A stretch of DNA of 47,270 nt, counting the filler, from Catajapyx aquilonaris (Eukaryota): assembly GCA_000934665.2 (NCBI GenBank). It is 2 parts of 2 records of this genome, joined end to end, with 100 filler letters (N's around TTAATTAATTAA, not from the genome) between each part and the next. Parts side by side here need not be neighbours in the genome. Positions count along the whole stretch, not along the records: positions 23,684 to 47,270 come from JYFJ02005655.1; 1 more part is not named here. The stretch is one strand, 5' to 3'. Below the pieces are notes generated by a model, which made no database searches, was not told where the DNA came from, and worked only from the letters and a program-made list of their open reading frames with translations. Made by a program: the position numbers and the translations under genes. Below are positions 36,937-47,270 of the stretch, piece by piece (the first letter of the stretch is position 1; every line of letters begins with the position of its first letter).

Positions 36937-37547
36937 CTGAGTGTCGTTCGTAAGCAACTCTAGATGGTAATATGGTGCCAGTAGGCCCTTTTTATTGATG
37001 TGTTGAATGGCCAACTGAGCTGCTGCCAGTTCGCTTTTCCCATCAACTCGTTCAGATCCACCCATGCCATTGTTGAGGTCGAACAGTCCCAATATGGTTA
37101 AGGCGCTAAAAGGATCAGTAAATGAGGTAAATAAAAAGGTAAAATATAAGGTAATATAAGGTAATATAAGGTAATATAAGGTAAATATAAGGTAAATAAG
37201 GTAAATATAAGGTAAATAAGGTAAATAAAAAGGTAAAATATAAGGTAATATAAGGTAATATAAGGTAATATAAGGTATATAAGGTAATATAAGGTAAATA
37301 AAGGTAAATAAAGGTGTAAATAACAACTGAATGTCAACCGTCGCTGTTAGACATACCTGGTGGCATTAGTGTATTCATCTTCTGGGCCTATGCCGTAAAT
37401 GTCATTGGAGTCTATGATTTCAGGCAGGGCCTCTAAGGTAGTGTTGTTACTATTTAGCATATCTTGACTGATGTTGATAGAAAGTGAGTCGGCGCAGGTG
37501 AAGAGGAAGAAGGACAGTGTAAACGTCCCAGACCATTCCATCTTCAT
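36937..37547 (-). CDS. GABA-B-R3: Metabotropic GABA-B receptor, most like insect subtype 3; first two coding exons (signal peptide and start of the Venus-flytrap domain)
   Basis: Exon 37547-37357: MKMEWSGTFTLSFFLFTCADSLS... (signal-peptide-like), donor AG|GTATGT. Exon 37105-36937 joins in frame: SALTILGLFDLNNGMGGSERVDGKSELAAAQLAIQHINKKGLLAPYYHLELLTNDTQ, donor CAG|GTAAGG. This matches the recalled R3 pattern LGLF..R.DG.SEL.AA..A..HIN...LL..Y.LEL.TNDTQ(CDPG). Later exons not located. Confidence 0.85.
37124..37322. repeat. Intronic minisatellite, 9-12-bp unit AAGGTAATAT, about 19 copies
   Basis: Direct reading; fills most of the 251-nt intron 37356-37106. Confidence 0.95.
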
Positions 37548-39129
37548 CTGAGATGGCGATGACCCCAAGGCTTGTCACCACTCATCCTCTTTCCTGTCAT
37601 TCAAGATTAGATGTGTTTATGTCTAAGCACATCTATAAAAAAAACACGGATTTAATATTAAACTACTCTTCCCTTCAAGCCGTTACAAATAGACATGAGC
37701 ACGAAGAAGCTGAAATATTGCACTGACGGAACTTGAAATTAAACATTGCAAAAAAAGGTAACAGCTGTCATCTCTCTGGAGTCCCATTTCTGATCACGAC
37801 CAATGGAGACAGGTTTGTCCTATACATCAGGTGGACTAGCCCATTCGTGTGTTTTTACCAAGCTTCAAAGTTTGCTTCTGACATGTCTGATTCTATAACT
37901 CACACGAAAAGATTGCCCATATGACCTTTTGTATTAAGCTTGAAATGACTGAAGGATGATAAAATATTAATTTAAATACAAAATGATGTCAATATTGTTA
38001 TCACGATTCATCAAGAGATCAAGCTTGAGCTACTGATATTGCACAGTTGATGATTACGTCTCCACAGCATGTCTGGGAGATAGAAGGGGGAGGCTTTCTA
38101 ATTGTAACGCAATAATTGGGAAACGAGCCAGAGAATAATGAGGCTTATGTCACGTCGGAGAGAGAGGGTGGAGGGGAGGGTGGGAACCAGAATCGATTAT
38201 CCTCGCCGAGAAGCCTAATTACTAAAATCCCTTCAGCCATCATTTATAGGAAGTTTTTGCATGGTATCCTTCATATTTGCAACTATATTCGACCATCCTT
38301 CAAACTATATGGGGCACATACTACAATTCAACATCAATTCAGTATACCCATCTTTAATCAGGGTTGCAGTTTCAATTTGCACTTAACATCAGATTGAGAC
38401 GATTGAAAGTGAAGTGAGGATCCCTGACTCCATATTGGAGCAAACACGCCTGAATGTCAATTGGTCATTCCCATTTAAAAAAAAGTGCCCACTCCATTGC
38501 AAATGAAGTTCATTATCACTCGAATTATTTATTAGTTAGCCTGGGGGAGTAATGGTATTTTGGAGTAGGTAAATAGCGGCCACTACAATTCAGGCGAGCC
38601 TTGGTCAAGCAGACTAAAAATGGATGGAAATGTAAATGCACTTCCTGTGTGAGGGCTCAAAACCGCTTCCTTCAAGGCTTTTCTATATGAATATCGGAGC
38701 TGCAGGCACTTCTCGCAAAAATTTTCGAGTCTTATCGGCATGTAATTTCCGCCGCCTGGAACGAAGTTTTAGAAGCAATCTCTGTGGGGGCATGTCAACA
38801 AAAAAAAAGAAAGTTTATGTGTGCACAGGTATTCATAGTGTGTTATGGCATACATCAACTTTGGTATCTGGAATCACAATACATTTTTTTTTTATCTGGC
38901 AAGTTCTCAGTAAAATCTGATTGCATCTCGACAGGTTGTCCCAACAGCAAGGTTGTGCAAATATGTATTATTTATTTAGACTGTGATCCAAACTGGCCAT
39001 GATAAAGTGTAATATTGTGGACTGCGTAATAGGGATGAGTCTGTCGGATTTTTTTTTTTTTGGGGGTTACAAAATGAACGTATCCGTCTCGCAACCCTGG
39101 CAATTATTCGCACTCCGTGACTTGGACTA

Positions 39130-40260
39130 ATAGGACTGTTCTCTTAAAGCCGAGAAAGGGACAAATGGGTGGGACAAATGAGTGTGACTTATGTCGGGGG
39201 CTGCCGAATATACTGCAAGGCAATTTTTGCAGAAACTACAGTATATAGGTCTATTTCTTCGAATACAAGTCCGCACTCTGTGGGAGTAGACCCTATATGT
39301 ATAGTCGTTGAAATGAAACTTCATCTGACGCATTCTGATGGCATGAAAAAAAGTGCCCGTCAAAGCTTTTTTTATTTTCTTCCTGAATAAATTCTCCGAG
39401 AGTAAAAGGCATTGCTTCCGGGTGGACTTGTCAAGATGCCAATACCTTTATCATTCCTCCATATTGATTTTAGGGTCATAAAATGTGACGTTTTGAAATT
39501 ATTGCACTCGACTGATTTCGTAATTTCTAATATTGCCGTGCAGTTGCTGACGGAAACGTGTTTTTCAAGCAGTGCCAAGATAGATTCGACATTGGAATTT
39601 AAAACTTCATTTAGCAAAATGTTGACATTTAATCAATTTTCAACTTACACGATCATAAAGTATCGTCTTTCTGCTGTAAAATGTGATGGCGGCCCATCTG
39701 AATCCAACATAATGCAATGATGGAAAGTTACTTTCTGAGGTCCCCTGGGAAATTCCCTTATATATTGTAGTCTGAAATTTTGAGATACTTGGGAGTTACA
39801 AGCCACGCCATGTTTGGATTATCCTTAAATTGGATGCAAGGATTAGGTCCTTTATATTCTAATTTATTGCGACAAAATCTGATTTCCTTATTGAAAAAAA
39901 AGGAGATAATGTTCCTATGGCTGGCTCGTTTCTTTTTAAAAAACCGGTTGTGGGGTGTGGGTCAATGCCTCATTTTCTTCAAGACATTGCCTGAAAGTGG
40001 GCCTGTCCGGATGATTGATAAGAATATGATATATCGGTGAAACGTTTATTAAAAGAACAGCACCTTATGTATAGGAATTTTGTTTGTTCATATTCGTCTG
40101 TATGATCTACGCTATGCTTTCACAAAAATAATGCAGATGAACCATGTTTTGAAACTTATTCACAACGCCACAAAGTCTACAAATTTGTAAACCACGACTT
40201 GGATTGTTGTGCACGAATTTAATTGCGGTACTCTGCTTTATACGTAGAAGCCTGCTAAAC
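39130..40260 (-). pseudogene. Highly degenerate mariner-like transposase fossil
   Basis: Minus-strand fragments in mariner order: KQSTAIKFV (EQR..IKF-like), RTGPLSG (RSGRP-like), YVGFRW (VFWD-like), ILTSPPGS (HPPYSP-like), NLFRKKIKKALTGTFF (LF..LK..L.G..F). Many stops and frameshifts. Confidence 0.45.
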
Positions 40261-40506
40261 TTTTATAGCATTGCTGTGGCTATGAAACAATATACTGTGC
40301 GGTCTTTTTTTGTGAGTACAGTAAACGTTGTAGAAAAACAGCTTTTCATTGCAACGAGTGCATGTTTTGTAGCAATTCCACTGAGCAAACAGATGACATT
40401 GAAGCACGAATTATCAACATTACTACTTAAAACATCGTCCATAAGCAACTGTGCAGCAATAAAACTAGCAATTTTGTGATAGAACATGAACTTGCAAGTC
40501 CTTTAA

Positions 40507-40922
40507 AGGGACACTCCACTCACAAAACAAGTTTGGCTCTAAAAATCGGGCAAAAAAAATCCTGAATCCGAAGGTGCAATCCGTTTTTCGCTACGCGGAA
40601 CGGTAATCCCAGGGCGAGGGGTCAAAGTGGGGAAATTCAAATAGTGCGCTAGAAGCTGGCCGTCCGCCAGCGACGCCCTCGGGACCTTGGGAACTGGAGG
40701 GCTGCTCCCGCCTGCCCATTCACTTAGGCCCATCCCAGAGCGGTGCAGCCCTCCAGTTCCCCTGTTCCCCGCATGGCTGCGCCGCTCATTACCAGACGAC
40801 ACACTTTGACACCTCGCCCTGTGATTACCGTTCCGCGTAGCGAAAAACGAATTGCACCGTCGGATTCAGGATTTTTTGCCTGATTTTTAGAGCCAAACTT
40901 GTTTTTTGAGTGGAGTGCCCCT
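40507..40922. mobile_element. Kolobok-type MITE (416 bp) with TIRs of about 122 bp and TTAA TSD
   Basis: 40507-40629 is a close reverse complement of 40802-40922; ends TTAA|AGGGACACTCCACTCA...TGAGTGGAGTGCCCCT|TTAA. TTAA plus an AG start fits Kolobok better than piggyBac. Confidence 0.9.
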
Positions 40923-40926
40923 TTAA

Positions 40927-41084
40927 GCGAAAGAACGATCTGATGTCACACCAGCCGTGTTTTCTGAGCATGCGCAGTACTATGCTTGCAGAGCGATTCG
41001 GTGACATGATAGGAGGAAACAGCAGGGTGGAGGCAGGACTGAACATGACGTCAGATCGTTCTTTGGGTTAACGGACTGGACTGT
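40927..41084. mobile_element. Small inverted-repeat element abutting or interrupted by the Kolobok MITE
   Basis: AAAGAACGATCTGATGTCA (from 40930) pairs with TGACGTCAGATCGTTCTTT (41046-41064), each with an outer TTAA; the right side continues CGGACTGGACTG|TA. Confidence 0.7.
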
Positions 41085-44000
41085 AGTAAGCCACATTTGG
41101 TTAGTCGATATCGGAAAAAATCTGAACTGTTATCCTGAGCATAAGGCATCCCCCCGTTCCTTATGCACAGCAAAGCCACATGGGTTGCCCTGAATAGTCA
41201 GGATGATGCCCATCACTCTGGCCCCAATGTGGGTGTGACATGAGAACAGGTGGGAAGCCCGGGAAAGGATGGGTTCGAGTAGATAAGTGACTGTTTTAAA
41301 TAACACATGTTACACAGAAGAGGCTGGAATATCCAGATTAAACGAGACTGAAGTGTTCGGATTGGACTAATCGAAAATACGGATAAGCTGGTAGTCGAGA
41401 GAGGATAGAGGCGGAGCAGGCCACTGGAAATGGAAAAATAGTGTAAGCTTAAAATTAGGTTTATTAATCTTTAGGGTATTTACGGCCGCACCTGTGCTTA
41501 TCAATAGGACTCACTGACAGACAACACCTTTGGGAGTGACAGGGAAAATGAGCAGTGGCAGAAGAAATACGAAAATAGCTGCTGGAGAACTTAATTGTAT
41601 CAGCCAGGAATCAGTACACATTTATAACATGCTGCCACAATTATATTTCAAAATTAAATAAATTAAATTGCAAAAGCCTGCTCACTTCTAATTATTTCTT
41701 TACTCTTTGTAACGATATGATAATCGATATTATCGGTAAAAGGTGGGAACTGGCTCGGGCTGCCTCACTTGTATTATCGTAATTATTTCACGATTCAATT
41801 GATTGAACGGCTACATAGGCGATCAAACCCTACCAAACGCATAAGGCCTACAAATACTGCATTTTAAAAGTTTGATTAATATGGTTATAAAAGTCACATT
41901 TATTTTTAACTAATATAAACGTACCAAACATGAAATTATCAGAATCTAATGAATACCGTATTAGTACAGGCGGGAATTGTGTTGTGTATTATGACATAAT
42001 AGGCCTTAGGCGTCCAAAATCGCATCCATACACGATGTGAAATCCAATCCAACAAGCAAATATAATTAACAAAAAATTACAGTATTACGCTGCTGCGCAT
42101 GTACTGTGCATACACATTAATAATAATAAAACTCGACTCTCTCGGCACATTCAATGATAACATGCATGTCATCCTGTGCAGCTAGAAGCTTTCGTCTGCC
42201 AAAGCTTGCACAATACATTGCATAACCGGAGACTAACTAATGGAGCTAAAATGAAGCATTATAGAGAAGAAGCCCTTGCCGAAGAAAGATCAGAAATGAC
42301 AATCAAGCTCTGTGGTTAGAACCTACCAAACAACTCAGGAACAAAGGGGATGCAAGCACTAGACGGTATCGCATCAATATCAGCAGCGCTCAATTCTTTT
42401 GATGTGAATGAAAAGACGGCATTCCTTTGTCCTGGGTTGAAAAAAAAAGCACTCATCCGGTCCCGATCTGTACGTATAGCCATTTCGATCTATGCATATC
42501 TACAGAAGGTGATTTTGATGCTAACACTATTTTTTTCCTTATAGTTTCTCTGATAAATCGGAACGGTCTCCTTGAGAAAGACCAAGAGATCTAAAAGGGC
42601 TCACCATTTGTTCTTCCCAATTGAATGAAAGTGGCGGAGAGTCCTCTCCATTCCCTCCAAATTGGATGGATAGATTGATAGATTAAGATACCCTCTTCCC
42701 ATCCACCCCCCCCCTTTTTTTCCACCGACACTCCCACACCCAGATTATTTTTCCCTCACACTTTTCGCCATTAATTGAAAAACCCTTCCCTAGCCATACA
42801 GTGCAAATAAAAAGGCAATAAATGTAGACACAACCATCATGTTGCTTCCATCCCCCCTCAGGGGCTGCCCTGGTGTCCCATCTGGGGCGTAACGTTCAAC
42901 CAATTCGNCCCCCCCCTCTCTGATTATCCTAAATCTGAGCCCCTGACTCCAGGCTTTTGTGCAGCTCACGCTCTTTTTAGCTGCTAATTAATCTCCGACT
43001 GGATTTCATCAGGATAAGCGGGAATCCGTTTTCCAACTTTGCCTGCGTGTCACTTCAAACTCACTTGTACGTTTCGCTCCACACTTTTGTTCCAATTTTT
43101 TTTATGGGAGGGTGCCCTCTAATTTTTTGAACAAGACTGGATTTAAATACAGCTATTCAAGCCTTTCAAAGCCAGCTTAATATTAGCTATGTTGTCCTTT
43201 TTATATATATAAAAAAGGGAGCTATTGAATTAATGTGGAACCATGACTTGTTTTCTAGAAAAGGTGGATGGGAGCAAGGAGGAGATAAGCTGGTATTGGG
43301 ATGTGGCTGAGAGCTAATAGCTTAATCAATATGGACAAGAGGACAAGAGGCTGCGAGTAATGACACTCATGGACAGGAGAAGGATGCCCACTTGACTTAT
43401 GGTGCCGGTATCGCGTCAAGTTGGACAGCATTATAAATCCTAGTATCCATTTGTTTTAATAGATTCAACATGCAGAACCATGCCAGTAGCTAATAATAGT
43501 AAATGAGTTAGCGATTTAAAACAATGCAACAAAGGGGTTTTTATCATTTTTCAAAATCAAGTCTGTATAAAATAATATACATATACTAATAGCATTATGC
43601 TAATAACATGATTAGTGCATGCTGTACTTACCGCGTGCTGATATCATTTATGCCCTACTCCGATCTTCACAATACACCCAACGGAAACAAAAATACCTCA
43701 ATAATAAACGCAATCAGCCACAATAATTCAATCATATTAACCGATTGCCAATAAAAATTGATTCGCAGACCAAAAGGTGCCAAACCAATTATTTTTTTAT
43801 TACTAATCATGAACACGTGGGTACTCTCCCGCCGAAATCCCCGTAATGTCGTTCATATCGGGCAATGTAAATCCGGACATGCGACACGCTCACTTTGCGG
43901 CACGTCCTGTCAACCCATGTGTTAGGTACGAGGCACCTAACCGCACTGAACGTCGGTCCTGCTCTTTTCCCGCTATCAGGTCCATTTGACGAGAGCTTTA

Positions 44001-44877
44001 GAGGAGGGGAGGAGGGAGAAGTGGGGGTGGGATGAGATGATGCACAGGCGCACTTACTCTACTTCAAGGCGGTTTCGAATTCAAAGTCAACGCTGTTGCA
44101 CTCAGGGACTTTGGAGGGTGACCTGGGGAATTGCTGACCCACACAAGAGTGATGGTTCAGCTCTTCTTTTCGCTTCCATTACAGTCGCTTTCGATAGCAA
44201 CAAACACATTTTAAAAACAAGGTCCTCAGCTCAATAAACAGTTTTTCGTGCGTCACTGTCAGAGTTAATCCCTATAACATATGAACAAGAGGATAATGAA
44301 ATGAGGTACAGTACCGAGTAGTACTGTACTTGATAATACCATTCGGAAAACAGTGTTGAATGTTTTGCTTGTTCAGCCACGGATACATCCGGCCTTTTCC
44401 ATGGGGTATGGGTCCCGATACGTCCAGTCCTGCCTCTGGTCAAAATTAATGCTCGCTATTGGGTGCAAAATAACAGTTTGCCATAGCTGCGTGATTCCAT
44501 GCTAATGGAGTCAAGTATGATTTATTTAGTTGCTCGACCATTGTGATTTTGATTATAAAATTATTTGTGGCTGTTTATTTGAATGAGTGAATATATATTT
44601 TTTAAACCATACTATTTCCTGCAACACTGTAAGAAGATACATCAGTACAAAAAAAACCTGCTGCAAGGGCATGTATTTCGCAAATAGTACATTTTATTTT
44701 TCGCACGCTATACCGTCACAACCCATGGTGTAATAATAATTATATTCAAGTAATTGTCAATCTATGTTTATTATTAATACAGTACAAAGGAAGGCGCACG
44801 CCAAGGGTGTAATTTTAAAATTACAACAAATGTATAAAGTAACTGTTTTGCAGATGTAACATTACAAAAATATTGTA

Positions 44878-45021
44878 CTATGGGGCTCAAATTGTTTTGG
44901 CCACTTTATTCTGGTCTTGAAGCAACCCTTCGCACAGACCCCACGGTGAGGAGGTGTGTGTATGTCTGAAGGGTTGCCTCAAGACCAGGATAAAGTGGCC
45001 AAAACAATTTGAGCCCCATAG
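44878..45021. mobile_element. Hairpin MITE (144 bp) with TIRs of about 54 bp and TA TSD
   Basis: TA|CTATGGGGCTCAAATTGTTTTGGCCACTTTATTCTGGTCTTGAAGCAACCCTTC vs GAAGGGTTGCCTCAAGACCAGGATAAAGTGGCCAAAACAATTTGAGCCCCATAG|TA (2 mismatches). Confidence 0.9.
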
Positions 45022-45640
45022 TACTTGCACGTGCAGAATGATGCTGATAATTTATCACCATTATAAAATAAATGACGTTCAAGTGTGTTGCATATCACGT
45101 CTGTATTAAGTCCATGCAAAACCGTCTGCCTGAGAAAATCCTTTTGGATCTTAAGTATGAGGCACTTCGTCCATTCCAATCAAGCTCATTCAGACTGTGA
45201 CACTGACCAGCTGAGAAAACATTACCCACAAGTTAAGCCAAAGTACTCGTAATTCATTACTAAAGAAGCCTGAATTTATTTTAAAATCCCATATGGGGGA
45301 GCAACCTGACTGATTCTGTTGGCAATAAGACTTGCTTCATCTAACATACAAGTATTAGTATATACAAGGTACGGATTTAGCGTGCTTTTGCTTTGTGGGA
45401 TGATATAATGGGCTCTAGGCGATCATTTTAAGTATAGGTATTGTGTGTCTCCCAACCTATTTACCGAAAAATTTATAATTAAACAAAGAGTGCATTGCAG
45501 GATCTTCTACGTCGCGGATACAGCATACGACACTTCCATCGCCTAGGGCCCTATAGGCCATTGACTGCAACACCTAATGGGACCGTATCTTATACGTATT
45601 TAAATTGCACGGTAACACCTAAAACTTTAATGAAAAATGT

Positions 45641-45814
45641 AAGGTCGCGTGGAGGAATGCATACCTGCCAGGATATTTTATGCTATGTGCTTGAAGCCCA
45701 TTATCTCGATAACTCTGCTTCGGAGACCCACGTTACCTATACTTAAAAAATGACTCCTAGAAGCCATCTGCCATCCCCCAGCAAAGCAAAGGCATGCTAA
45801 ATTTCCGCACCCTG
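45641..45814 (+). repeat. Dispersed repeat, copy 2 (same family as 25949-26118)
   Basis: Collinear similarity to copy 1, ending GCACCCTG. Confidence 0.8.
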
Positions 45815-45971
45815 CCGTATACTTTAGAATATATAATCTGGAATGTAGATGCAAGTTCTACTCCTGCCAGTGCAGTGGTGTAGTAGTGCATACAAGGAGG
45901 TTCACAGCCGAGTGTAATTAAATGACACTGAATGAGAGTAATTGAGTATCGAAATTAACCCATCCCCCGGG

Positions 45972-45974
<3 letters not shown>

Positions 45975-46030
<56 letters not shown>
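45975..46030. repeat. (GA)n microsatellite upstream of the F-box gene
   Basis: Direct reading. Confidence 0.95.
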
Positions 46031-46032
<2 letters not shown>

Positions 46033-46628
46033 AGTATTATTGGTCATTTATGCAAAAGCAGAAACGACCTCATTATTCCTATGGTAATTCCGTTTTCAGA
46101 TCTTGCTAAACAGCTCTGATCTTTACTGAAACAGCTGTGTCGTCGTCGACTAATGTTCCATTTTACTGCTGTCTTCCCCCCCACTTAGTATACAATAGGT
46201 GAACGTGAAGGGGAGAGGCGGAACTTTTGAAAAGAGACATGCTTTATCATTTTCATTGCAGTGTTTATTTTTACCTAATTATATTACTTTTGCTCATTAT
46301 TAATTAAGTCGGCATTGACCCTGTACATTATACGCTCATGATTAATAATATAGCTTGACGTAACCATGTGTACGTGACACATTATGGTTGTCAAGTATGT
46401 TGGCAAGAGTAACGTAAACACCACTATAATGTTTTTTACGTTGTCATAGTATGCCACATGTGTTAAATTGTCAAAGGATCAGCTATCACATTGAAAGCAA
46501 AAAAAAAAAAATATCCCCGATACCACTTGACAGTTACAGAATATCAGTGGGAAATTAAGGTAAGTGGATCATAAATTATTATTTCTGTGCAATGACTCAT
46601 TATCAGGCCTTAGATTCTTTCAAATGTG

Positions 46629-47270
46629 ATGGAGACTCTTGCAAAGAAACCAAGGATTTCGCCTCCACCTGGCGATGATGGTCACATTTTGGCCGCCTGG
46701 ATGGCTACGGATGATGTTACCTCCAGCGGACAGGTCAGTGTCACCCAGACATGTCATCCACTTGAGCTCATACGCTTCGATTCAGGTTGCAGACCACGTG
46801 TCATGTTGGACCTCGCTGCCGACCGAGCTGACACTGATGATATTCAGCTACCTGACCCAAGAGGAGAAACTATTCATTGTCCCGTTCGTGTGCAAGCAAT
46901 GGCGCAAAATCAGTTTCACCGGGAGACAAACATGGAAGGAGATGACACTGGACGGCACAAAGATGTCTTCGAATGGTGCAGTGATTTTGGTGACCAACAT
47001 GTCCATGCTGAGGCGGCTGGAAATGATTAAGTGGACAGTAGGTGTCGACCAAGTGCTGATAGCAGTCGCCAAAAACTGTCGCCAACTGGAGGTGCTGGAA
47101 CTCGGATCGATCACCAGTCTGCACGAACAGACCCTGGACAAGGTTGCGCGCCACTGTACCCAGCTGACTTCGCTCAAGATAGACGTCCAGTATCTTCCCA
47201 GAACTTGCAAGCACCCCTTGGACATATTCTCCGTCTGCTCCAAGCTCACCACAGTCACCCTTCACATGGA
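46629..47270 (+). CDS. F-box/leucine-rich-repeat protein (FBXL-type), 5' part; continues beyond the window
   Basis: Exon 46629-46733 (METLAKKPRISPPP...SSGQ|GTCAGT), 52-nt intron, then exon from 46786 (GATTCAG|): F-box WTSLPTELTLMIFSYLTQEEKLFIVPFVCKQWRKIS...WKEMTL, followed by Cys-type LRRs AVAKNCRQLEVLEL, KVARHCTQLTSLKI, SVCSKLTTVTL. The frame is open to the window end and is missed by the ORF track. Confidence 0.92.

Noticed and set aside
37098..37337. Y/L/I/P-rich hydrophobic ORF segments
   Set aside because: Translation of the intronic minisatellite.
46848..47265. Minus-strand ORFs of 136 and 131 aa
   Set aside because: Antisense to the F-box/LRR exon, which has clear domain motifs.

Overview
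Eukaryotic (animal, most likely arthropod) genomic DNA, AT-rich, with spliceosomal introns and a 100-nt scaffold gap at 23584-23683. Most short ORFs in the supplied track are noise; real genes appear only after splicing. Host genes: (1) a 4-exon coiled-coil gene on the minus strand (9780-8563, about 329 aa, possibly DUF4515/cilia-type); (2) the first two coding exons of a GABA-B receptor most like insect GABA-B-R3 (37547-36937, minus); (3) an F-box/LRR gene running off the right edge (46629-end, plus); (4) at least one orphan exon (23045-22724). The rest is a dense, often nested set of transposable elements: mariner-type, piggyBac-type, hAT-type and Kolobok-type MITEs, a spliced Harbinger-type Myb/SANT pseudogene next to a hAT transposase relic, a 2.4-kb non-autonomous Helitron carrying two MITEs and a tRNA-SINE, and a mariner fossil. 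The most interesting object is an internally deleted Ty3/Gypsy element (about 18.7-22.1 kb, minus) with an integrase fragment, a baculovirus-F-like envelope, and an extra acidic/proline-rich ORF downstream of env that appears to have its own TATA+CAGT promoter. All family calls come from motif recognition by eye; no database search was run.
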